IMG/VR virus record: IMGVR_UViG_3300020042_001307
Location: 1 to 30,609 of that record
DNA: 30,609 nucleotides
Reading direction: 5' to 3' (one strand)
Source of the DNA: a virus
Lineage: Duplodnaviria > Caudoviricetes
Shown here piece after piece: positions 9,785 to 16,118 of the stretch; within the stretch, counting starts at the first letter, position 1, and each line of letters begins with the position of its first letter. The translations under genes and the position numbers were made by a program. The notes under the pieces were generated by a model. The model had not been told where the DNA came from. It made no database searches and saw only the letters and a list, made by a program, of their open reading frames with translations.

Positions 9785-9966
9785 GCTTTTTCTTCAATGT
9801 ATTTAGCGTAGGCATCTTCTAGCTTGGCTTTGCGGTCACCTTTGGCGTTCTCACGCTCAACGCTGAGTGCAATAGCTACGGCTTGTTTTTTAGGTTTGCC
9901 AGCTTTCATCTCGGTTTTGATGTTCTTACCGACTGCTTCGGCTGACCCTGATTTGATGAGTGGCAT
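9781..9966 (-). CDS. Small basic phage protein (KPxKQAVAIALS family)
   Basis: 61 aa, AAGGA RBS, ATGA overlap with the next gene. Confidence 0.8.
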   Translation of the reverse strand: MPLIKSGSAEAVGKNIKTEMKAGKPKKQAVAIALSVERENAKGDRKAKLEDAYAKYIEEKA

Positions 9967-9976
9967 AAATATCCTT

Positions 9977-10333
9977 TTATTTCAAGAACTTAAGTTTGTA
10001 AGTCGTAGTGTTGATAAGGTCTGCAATCTCATCAATGATGTTCTGTAGTTCGCTGTCTTGCGGCAAGTCTTGACGGGCTTCTGCCACAAATTTTTGCAAG
10101 GATTCCATGTAGCGTACTGGGTCTTTAGGCTGGTGGTATACGCTTGGAAAGCTGGTGAACTTGCCATACTTGCCCATATAAGATTCGGCAAAAGTATCGG
10201 TCAAATCCACGATGCCATCATAGTATTCGGCAAGTGCGCTGTGCTTAGAAAAGCTGTCAGTAGACCAATGAAAGAAATGCGTATTGGTCGCAGAATGTAG
10301 TAATGTAGCTACAAATAATGCACAGTTTTCCAT
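9977..10333 (-). CDS. Ferritin/Dps-like four-helix protein (DUF5856-like)
   Basis: HFFHW...H.AL.EYY...D.FAE.Y.G...NIIDEI...YKL pattern of Dps-like metal ligands. AAGGAG RBS. Confidence 0.72.
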   Translation of the reverse strand: MENCALFVATLLHSATNTHFFHWSTDSFSKHSALAEYYDGIVDLTDTFAESYMGKYGKFTSFPSVYHQPKDPVRYMESLQKFVAEARQDLPQDSELQNIIDEIADLINTTTYKLKFLK

Positions 10334-10356
10334 TAAAAAGCTCCTTTTGCTTTATT

Positions 10357-10641
10357 TTATAACACTTTTTGGATAATTCCTAACGCTCTTATTGCAGCAT
10401 CTACGCTATCTACACGGCTTACAGCACCGCCTTTCCACTTACCCATAAAGTCTAATTGGTCAGGTGTGAACTTAGCTTTAGCATCTTTTTTGATTTCCAT
10501 CAGCAGGGTTTCTCCTGCGTAGCCCACCAAAATGTCAGGTGTCCCGTGCTTAAGTGAGGCCATAGATACAACTGTAGCCCCAGCTTGTCGCAATGCAGCA
10601 ACAATTTCTTTATGGTTTATGTCTACTCTTGCGTATGTCAT
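10357..10641 (-). CDS. VRR-NUC / PD-(D/E)XK nuclease (Holliday junction resolvase-like)
   Basis: GTPDILVG...MEIKK...TPDQ..F motif in a 94-aa protein. Confidence 0.82.
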   Translation of the reverse strand: MTYARVDINHKEIVAALRQAGATVVSMASLKHGTPDILVGYAGETLLMEIKKDAKAKFTPDQLDFMGKWKGGAVSRVDSVDAAIRALGIIQKVL

Positions 10642-10696
10642 TGATTATTCTTACTTTTAAGTTAGTATTGGGAAACTTTATCATAAAGGATGTATT

Positions 10697-11680
10697 GTGG
10701 CTAAAGCAAACAAAAAGAAAGATGATGAATTTATTGCTTTGTGGAATGAATTAGGAAGTCCAACTTTAGTAGGTAAAGCAACTGGCACAAATCCAAGAAG
10801 TGCATTAAATAGACGAGCCAGTTTGGAAATAAGGTATGGTATTGAATTACCTACGCACGGTTCTTTGCGTGATCCTAAAAAAGAAAAACCAAAGAAAAGA
10901 GAATTGGCGGCTCACAATGTCCGCAGGGGCATAGATGTAGATAAAGTTAAGCGAGTGATTGTATTTAGCGATGCTCACTTTACCGATACAACAACAACAG
11001 CATTTAAGGCGTTGTTGTTAATGATTAAAGAATTTAAGCCGCAGGTCATTATTTGCAATGGTGATGCGTTTGATGGGCAGATATTAAGCCGTTTTCCAAG
11101 CATTAACTACGATAAAAAGCCTAATGTCTTGCAAGAACTTAACGCTTGCCGTTACCATTTAGACGAAATAGTTAAACACCGCCCAGCAGGGTGTGAGTTA
11201 ATTTGGACTTTGGGTAATCACGATATGCGTTATGAATCATGGTTAGTTAATAAAGTTCCTGAATACAGCGGTGTTGATGGTTTCAGCCTTAAATATCATT
11301 TTCCTGAATGGAAAACGTGCTGGTCTTACTGGATTGGGGAAGAAACTATAGTCAAACATCGGCATCGTGGTGGTCGAAATGCAGGTTATAACAATTTGCT
11401 GGCAGCAGGAAATACAAACATTATTACTGGCCATACCCATGTTTTAGCTACACAACCCATTACTGGGTATCAAGGAACTTTTTGGGGCGTACAGACTGGT
11501 TGCCTTGCTGATCCTATGTCACCTAGTTTTGAATATTGTGAAGATGGCCCTAAAGACTGGCGATCAGGCTTTGTAATGCTGTCCTTTGACCAAGGCAGAA
11601 TGTTAATGCCTGAGATGATTATGGTAACGGATGAGCAAGAAGGTGAGTTTGAGTTTAGAGGTTGTATCAACAAAATATGA
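10697..11680 (+). CDS. Calcineurin-like metallophosphoesterase with N-terminal HTH-like extension
   Basis: SDAH, NGDAFD, GNHD, H and GHTH motifs in canonical order. GTG start with AAGGA RBS. Confidence 0.9.
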   Translation: MAKANKKKDDEFIALWNELGSPTLVGKATGTNPRSALNRRASLEIRYGIELPTHGSLRDPKKEKPKKRELAAHNVRRGIDVDKVKRVIVFSDAHFTDTTTTAFKALLLMIKEFKPQVIICNGDAFDGQILSRFPSINYDKKPNVLQELNACRYHLDEIVKHRPAGCELIWTLGNHDMRYESWLVNKVPEYSGVDGFSLKYHFPEWKTCWSYWIGEETIVKHRHRGGRNAGYNNLLAAGNTNIITGHTHVLATQPITGYQGTFWGVQTGCLADPMSPSFEYCEDGPKDWRSGFVMLSFDQGRMLMPEMIMVTDEQEGEFEFRGCINKI

Positions 11681-12030
11681 AACTAACGCCTGAAATACTA
11701 AAAAATCTGTATTCATCGCTGTATTGCACTTACCCGTTTACCAAATGGCCTATGCCTTTGCCCGATGAAATTGAGTTTATTGTTACGGCTGATCCTGAAC
11801 TAATGGGCACTTACCTGCTAGATACAGGTGGGGATTATGAACATACTATTACCATATCTTCAGGGCGTTGCAGTCACTTCTATACTGTTTTGACTACGCT
11901 TGCCCATGAATGTATACACATGAGTTTTCATAAACAAAAAGGCGAAAAGTGGTCGCAGCATGGTCAGCCGTTTAGAACTCGTTGCAAAATGGTTGCAGCA
12001 GAACTAGGTTTTGATCCGCTAGAGTTGTAA
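11677..12030 (+). CDS. SprT-like zinc metallopeptidase
   Basis: TLAHECIH (HExxH) followed by HG..F. Start placed at 11677 (ATGA overlap with the phosphoesterase stop). Confidence 0.78.
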   Translation: MKLTPEILKNLYSSLYCTYPFTKWPMPLPDEIEFIVTADPELMGTYLLDTGGDYEHTITISSGRCSHFYTVLTTLAHECIHMSFHKQKGEKWSQHGQPFRTRCKMVAAELGFDPLEL

Positions 12031-12115
12031 TTGTGTACACAATTTCTTACAAAATGCCCCGTTCGGTAACTTTTTTGTAATTAACTACACTTTTTCTTAC
12101 AAATGCACCGTTCGG
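12025..12115. repeat. Imperfect tandem repeat (50-bp period, 2 copies) with an internal palindrome
   Basis: TTGTAATT-N3-TACAC-N2-TTTCTTACAAA(A)TGC(C/A)CCGTTCGG at 12025-12066 and 12075-12115. Perfect 16-bp palindrome AATTGTGTACACAATT at 12029-12044. Confidence 0.85.
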
Positions 12116-12121
12116 GAAATA

Positions 12122-12241
12122 TTAAATATTTCGGTGGTAAACATTTTTAGGGTTGTTAAGCATTGATTTAATAAGACTTTGTATATCAAAGAAGTATTGA
12201 ATTTCTTTCATGCCGTTGTGTTGCATGATCGTAAAGCTCAC
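12122..12241 (-). CDS. Micro-ORF (39 aa), hypothetical
   Basis: Not in ORF track. GTGA overlap with the upstream stop. MSFTIMQHNGMKEIQYFFDIQSLIKSMLNNPKNVYHRNI. Confidence 0.6.
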   Translation of the reverse strand: MSFTIMQHNGMKEIQYFFDIQSLIKSMLNNPKNVYHRNI

Positions 12242-12459
12242 TTCTTTGCTTTCTTAGATTCTTCTCTATGTAATTCCATTACCATTTCGGCTTGAATACA
12301 CATTTTGCTTTGTAAATCTTCCATCATGCTGCTTACTGCCCAAAGCGCACCACTATGCGGATCACCCACACCTTCTGCAATAAGCTCAACAACATCTCGT
12401 ATATTAGACAGTTTGTAAGATAATTCTTCTAAATCGTTAGCTGCATCCCATATAGTCAT
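12238..12459 (-). CDS. Hypothetical helical protein
   Basis: 73 aa, tightly packed in the operon. Confidence 0.7.
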   Translation of the reverse strand: MTIWDAANDLEELSYKLSNIRDVVELIAEGVGDPHSGALWAVSSMMEDLQSKMCIQAEMVMELHREESKKAKK

Positions 12460-12462
12460 TTT

Positions 12463-12612
12463 TTACCCTTTCGTAGCAATTAAGTAAGCCCCATAATTCG
12501 CAAAAGCATATCCAGCGTACATGCAAGCCAATCCAAAATCTCCTTTAAACAACTGCTCTCCAGCGATGTACACATAAATTAAGCCTGTAAGAATTATTAA
12601 GTTAGAACTCAT
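12463..12612 (-). CDS. Small two-TM membrane protein (49 aa), paralogue A
   Basis: Not in ORF track. MSSNLIILTGLIYVYIAGEQLFKGDFGLACMYAGYAFANYGAYLIATKG. Confidence 0.78.
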   Translation of the reverse strand: MSSNLIILTGLIYVYIAGEQLFKGDFGLACMYAGYAFANYGAYLIATKG

Positions 12613-12672
12613 GTTTTTACTTGGTATAACATTTTTTGTAATGTATAAAGTTCAAGTGTCATATTTTTAAAT

Positions 12673-12963
12673 TCAGGTATGTAACAATCCCCGTTCAAAT
12701 AACTCGGCAATAGTTCGCCTGTGGGCTTCTTCCCAAAATTCCACCCTTTCCGTTTTTGACATTCTTGTTCCTTGGTCAAGATCAGCGTGGCATTTAAAAC
12801 ACAAACTGGCAACTCTGTAGTCATGGGCTTTTATTCCCCTTCCTTTACCATCTCTTAATTGGTTTGAATGTGCTGCAACAACCGTGTCATCTTGTATGCC
12901 GCAAGACTGGCATGGAAAGCTGCTAATTAATTTTAGTAATTGTTTGTTCCTATACATAGCCAT
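12673..12963 (-). CDS. YbcO/DUF1364/DUF968-like zinc-binding putative nuclease
   Basis: PCQSCG...VVAAHSN...GKGRGIKAHD...LCFKCH...D motif set. Confidence 0.78.
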   Translation of the reverse strand: MAMYRNKQLLKLISSFPCQSCGIQDDTVVAAHSNQLRDGKGRGIKAHDYRVASLCFKCHADLDQGTRMSKTERVEFWEEAHRRTIAELFERGLLHT

Positions 12964-13126
12964 TTATGTGATCTACGGTCATCTGTTCTAACTTTTCTGC
13001 GGATTCAGCAATATCTACGCTGATCTCTAGCATTTGAGTTAGATCGTTGCGTCTTAAAGCGTCATCGTACATTTTAGATAGTAGTTTGAGAATAAGGAAT
13101 TCTTCTGTTATTTTTAATTGTGTCAT
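12950..13126 (-). CDS. Hypothetical protein (58 aa)
   Basis: Not in ORF track. ATGA overlap at 13123-13126. MTQLKITEEFLILKLLSKMYDDALRRNDLTQMLEISVDIAESAEKLEQMTVDHINGYV. Confidence 0.72.
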   Translation of the reverse strand: MTQLKITEEFLILKLLSKMYDDALRRNDLTQMLEISVDIAESAEKLEQMTVDHINGYV

Positions 13127-13452
13127 TTTAAGATTCTATCTTGGTTGCGGTTAGATACTTCTAAAGTTTGCCACGTAGAGTGTCGGAGGCGTGCTGCCTC
13201 CAATTCCCACTTAAGTTTTTCAGCATTTTCGGTTGCCGTACCTATGGCTTTACATAGGTCTTGGTATTCTTGACAGGCGTAGGCTTCACGCTCCTGCGCC
13301 CCTATTGTTTGTTCGCCTGACTTCTGCATCATTATGGCTTTTAGGCTGCTCTTAAAAGTTTCTAGCTGGGCCAACTCACCTTTAGCGGCTGCGTACTTAC
13401 CAGCGTTTTCAAGGATAAAATCTATACATTTATTGGGGTCTATCTCTCTCAT
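13123..13452 (-). CDS. Coiled-coil hypothetical phage protein
   Basis: Start placed at 13452 (MREIDPNK, ATGA overlap). Helical, with a QEREAY motif. Confidence 0.78.
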   Translation of the reverse strand: MREIDPNKCIDFILENAGKYAAAKGELAQLETFKSSLKAIMMQKSGEQTIGAQEREAYACQEYQDLCKAIGTATENAEKLKWELEAARLRHSTWQTLEVSNRNQDRILK

Positions 13453-13592
13453 TTTGTTTGCATCCATAATCCTATACTTCCTATTGAATAGCCTAAAAAT
13501 GCTACGGCTAAACCCATGTTGTCTTTAAAAAACGAATCTATAGCGGTGCAAAAATAGATTACGCCCACCGTTGCTACTAACCATCCGCTCAT
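13449..13592 (-). CDS. Small two-TM membrane protein (47 aa), paralogue B
   Basis: Not in ORF track. MSGWLVATVGVIYFCTAIDSFFKDNMGLAVAFLGYSIGSIGLWMQTK. ATGA overlaps at both ends. Confidence 0.78.
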   Translation of the reverse strand: MSGWLVATVGVIYFCTAIDSFFKDNMGLAVAFLGYSIGSIGLWMQTK

Positions 13593-13738
13593 TTTCCTAA
13601 CCTTTTTTTAATTAACATTTTCATGCGTTCTTCCGTATTTTTATCTTGTACAAGTAACCGTACAACTTCATCCCAGCCTCGTCTTTTAGCTACGCCTATA
13701 TACCAATCGACAAGGTAATCTTCATGCTTGTTCTTCAA
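13589..13738 (-). CDS. Hypothetical protein (~49 aa)
   Basis: Not in ORF track. TTG start (uncertain). KNKHEDYLVDWYIGVAKRRGWDEVVRLLVQDKNTEERMKMLIKKRLGK. Its stop overlaps the next ATG. Confidence 0.62.
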   Translation of the reverse strand: MKNKHEDYLVDWYIGVAKRRGWDEVVRLLVQDKNTEERMKMLIKKRLGK

Positions 13739-14105
13739 TTTGTTTTATTTTTTGGCTAATTCTTGCTCTCCATTGCTGCCAACCTTCACCTGCATAAGCC
13801 TGACAGCCGACTTCTTGCGCTTTGGCTTTGGTTAGTTCCTCACTAGAATACCAAGGCAATTCAGGTTTCTTGACCTTTTTTACTTCCATGTCTAGTTCAT
13901 CTTCCCAGCGGCCCTGATTCAACCAAGTTGCTGGATGCGGTATGTAGTCTTTTTCGGTCTGCTTTAACTTCCAATATTCAATGTGGTTAGAAAGGGCGTT
14001 AAAAGCATCTTCCTGATCGTTGTGGCTCAACCTATCCCAAGACTTTTCGGCTACTCTACGACCTTGTTTACGGGGATACAGGCTATAAAATTCAGAGAAG
14101 TTCAT
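13722..14105 (-). CDS. Stand-alone domain resembling the C-terminus of phage replication initiator / replisome-organiser proteins
   Basis: FSEFYSLYPRKQG...A...W and YIPHPATWLNQGRWEDE motifs. 127 aa, no N-terminal HTH. Confidence 0.7.
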   Translation of the reverse strand: MNFSEFYSLYPRKQGRRVAEKSWDRLSHNDQEDAFNALSNHIEYWKLKQTEKDYIPHPATWLNQGRWEDELDMEVKKVKKPELPWYSSEELTKAKAQEVGCQAYAGEGWQQWRARISQKIKQIEEQA

Positions 14106-14737
14106 CGTGTTATCTCGTCAAAGTTGTAGAACCATTCATCTTTAGCTGACCATTTGGCGTGGTTTTCAACGCTGTAGACTTCTGTTGGTATCTTAAAATC
14201 AGGGGTTTTTAGTTCGGCTGGCACAAGCGAAACATCGTACCAAAGGCAGCGATTATTAGGCTGGCAAGCAAATTGCCCGTTATCTAACTTTATAAAGTTA
14301 TAACTCTTGTGTTCTTCTACCCCTTCGCTAAAGGTTGTATCTAAGCGATTACTGTCAGGATCGGCAAAGTCAATGGTGAACAAGTAATTACCAAAGTGAA
14401 ACTGCTTATCCTTACCAAAGTATTTGACCTTTAAGCCACGCAGATTAGACTTCTCAATTACCGCCATGTCGTATGACAGGCAGTCCCAAATCTGCAAATA
14501 ATCTAGCGGCAGAGGCTCTGTTACTTCCTTCCATACATATGCACTAATTGGCAGCTTATCGTACAGCGCACCGTAATTGGTCAGCATGGATTCTATGCGA
14601 AAGGCTTGACCTTTAATGGCTTTAGCGGTCATCCATACACAAGGCTCTAATTCACCTTGTCCTTTTTCATGGTTGTAAAGGTACTCTTTACGCACAAAAC
14701 ATTTAACTGGGGGTATGTTAGCGACTAAAAATGTCAT
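14102..14737 (-). CDS. Phage protein of unknown function (VRKEYLY...GALYDKLP family)
   Basis: Start placed at 14737 (TAATG overlap). 211 aa, with EHKS and QPNNR motifs. Confidence 0.8.
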   Translation of the reverse strand: MTFLVANIPPVKCFVRKEYLYNHEKGQGELEPCVWMTAKAIKGQAFRIESMLTNYGALYDKLPISAYVWKEVTEPLPLDYLQIWDCLSYDMAVIEKSNLRGLKVKYFGKDKQFHFGNYLFTIDFADPDSNRLDTTFSEGVEEHKSYNFIKLDNGQFACQPNNRCLWYDVSLVPAELKTPDFKIPTEVYSVENHAKWSAKDEWFYNFDEITR

Positions 14738-14835
14738 TACTTTATCCAAAAAAGAAGTATGGCGGCAAGCACCATAAGGGTTGCAAATAGAATAAATACG
14801 CCTATTGCAAATACGATAACGATGGTTTCAATCAT
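14737..14835 (-). CDS. Single-TM micro-protein (32 aa)
   Basis: Not in ORF track. MIETIVIVFAIGVFILFATLMVLAAILLFWIK. Coupled at both ends. Confidence 0.68.
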   Translation of the reverse strand: MIETIVIVFAIGVFILFATLMVLAAILLFWIK

Positions 14836-14900
14836 ATGGAAAGGGCGAACATTGCGCCAAGAATTGCACCAAGTATGCAAGCACCTAATAAGTCTTTCAT
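14832..14900 (-). CDS. Single-TM micro-protein (22 aa)
   Basis: Not in ORF track. AGGAG RBS. MKDLLGACILGAILGAMFALSI. First ORF after the promoter at 14937-14965, with an ATGA overlap to the next gene. Confidence 0.65.
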   Translation of the reverse strand: MKDLLGACILGAILGAMFALSI

Positions 14901-14936
14901 GTCTATCTCCTATTTCACTCGATATTGAGTAATGCT

Positions 14937-14965
14937 AGTGTATTAAGTTATCTTAACTATTGCAA
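14937..14965 (-). promoter_or_regulatory. Sigma70-like promoter with operator in the spacer
   Basis: TTGCAA-17bp-TACACT on the minus strand. The spacer contains TTAAGATAACTTAA (14943-14956). Confidence 0.8.
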
Positions 14966-14989
14966 GTATTTTTTTAAGTGTCGTTTTTT

Positions 14990-15225
14990 AGTCATAGGTA
15001 TCCCAAAGGTGATAGCACCCCATCCATTCAAGATGTGTCTTGAACTAATGCTCCCGAAGGTAGTGTTCATTCGATACAAGGTTGTCTATCACCATTGTCC
15101 TTGTAACTTGTGTAGTCGCCACTCAACGCTACGGGGCTTGCTGTCAGGTGTAAACCAGCCCATGTTCTATTCCACGCCACCCAGTTAAGTGCTTAATATC
15201 GTTTGGAGTACGGCAGAAATAGAAA
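14990..15225 (-). ncRNA. Putative structured non-coding RNA (multi-hairpin, pseudoknotted, cUUCGg loop)
   Basis: No minus-strand ORF in the track. Pairings 15099-15105/15075-15081 and 15086-15093/15008-15015 (these two cross), 15065-15069/15041-15045 enclosing cUUCGg (15054-15059), 15027-15033/15038-15044, 15134-15138/15157-15161, 15165-15171/15218-15224. Confidence 0.55.
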
Positions 15226-15226
15226 A

Positions 15227-15346
15227 ACCCCTTAAGGTAGCTCTAAGTTGATCCCACTTGCTAAAAGATTCCACAACTTTTAGTAAATGCTCAAAGCTAC
15301 CCTAAAGGGTCTATTGGATTTTATACAACACAGGGATCAATCTGCC
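15227..15346 (-). ncRNA. Putative C4/P4-CI-like antisense/attenuator RNA
   Basis: 16-nt arms 15227-15242/15295-15310 enclose a 10-bp inner stem 15258-15267/15277-15286 and are followed by a U-run on the minus strand. The internal-loop 8-mer (15248-15255) is exactly complementary to an upstream site (15333-15340). Confidence 0.55.
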
Positions 15347-15349
15347 CCG

Positions 15350-15904
15350 TTAGTATAACCCAAGTCTTTCAAAATTAAAATCCCCGTGAAAGCCAAAGGT
15401 TTTAATGTTCGACAATTCACGCTCAAAACTAAAATATCGTGCCAGTTCTTCGGGGGCAAACCTTATACCTTGATTTTCTAGATATATACGGTTTAAGTGG
15501 CAAATTTGGTCATCTTCATTGTGGTCTGTGTACACAAATTCAGGGCTGGCGGTTAGTTCACAGAGCCGCTTTGAGCGTAGGCTAAAGCCACCATTGCCTA
15601 CTCGTCTACCCATAGGATGCCAATGCCATACTGCCCCAATGTAGTCATAGTCTAAAAATTGGTCGTTCCAAGCGTCAGGGTTAATAATGAATCCATCCCA
15701 TTGAACTATTAAAACAAAGTCCGTATGGATGTGTTTATGCAATTCTTGAAGGATAAATTTGTTATATGCTTGGCGGCTGTTGATTTGGGGGTCATTTATA
15801 AAGACTTCACCGCCAAAATCAAAATGTTCTTTACACCTGTTCATTGCCTTTTTAGCTTTGTCAGGTTGTACGGAATCAATACAAGCTAGGGTAATGTTAT
15901 TCAA
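15350..15904 (-). CDS. DUF5672-like protein (glycosyltransferase-like)
   Basis: VLIVQWDG...DYDYIGAVW...VGNGGFSLRSK...NEDD...FSFE...FGFH motifs. TTG start overlapping the Cro stop. Confidence 0.8.
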   Translation of the reverse strand: MNNITLACIDSVQPDKAKKAMNRCKEHFDFGGEVFINDPQINSRQAYNKFILQELHKHIHTDFVLIVQWDGFIINPDAWNDQFLDYDYIGAVWHWHPMGRRVGNGGFSLRSKRLCELTASPEFVYTDHNEDDQICHLNRIYLENQGIRFAPEELARYFSFERELSNIKTFGFHGDFNFERLGLY

Positions 15905-16118
15905 GTTCAGGCCAAATTAACCTGTAAGTGTTGGGAAAAAGCGACTTACGGGTAATTAGCCCATGCGATTCTTTTTCTAGGGTTGCAGCTAGGATTACCA
16001 GCTTATCCATTGGAATATCACCGTTTTGCCACATAGATACGGCTGGGACAGATACCCCGACCATCTTGGATACACGGGTACATCCACCCAATAATTTGAT
16101 AATTGCTGTTGCGTTCAT
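15897..16118 (-). CDS. Cro/YdaS-like HTH transcriptional regulator
   Basis: 73 aa. LGG..RVSKMVGVSVPAVSMW...IP HTH and C-terminal ITRKSLFP. First gene of a divergent arm. Confidence 0.85.
   Translation of the reverse strand: MNATAIIKLLGGCTRVSKMVGVSVPAVSMWQNGDIPMDKLVILAATLEKESHGLITRKSLFPNTYRLIWPELE

Noticed and set aside
10657-10670. TTAAGTTAGTATTG as an operator at the divergent gap
   Set aside because: Only one half-site matches, in an AT-rich context.
12025-12115. Possible mini CRISPR array
   Set aside because: Only two degenerate copies with an 8-bp gap, no spacer-length unique sequence and no cas genes. The exonuclease at 17084 lacks the Cas4 cysteine cluster.
12609-12824. 71-aa ORF overlapping the YbcO-like gene
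   Set aside because: Mostly an alternative frame of a better-supported gene. At most the last 17 codons (12609-12662) could be a coupling peptide, which I cannot support.
15008-15105. Possible HDV-like ribozyme (nested pseudoknot)
   Set aside because: Only four nucleotides separate the P2-like strand from the P1 3' strand, leaving no room for P3/L3 or P1.1. Kept as an unclassified structure.
14925-15188. 87-aa plus-strand ORF across the structured region
   Set aside because: Non-ATG start inside a promoter, no RBS, opposite to the local transcription direction, and no protein-like motifs.
15185-15196. TTAAGTGCTTAA as another operator
   Set aside because: Half-sites are spaced by 2 rather than 4 bp and no promoter surrounds it. 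More likely part of the RNA structure.
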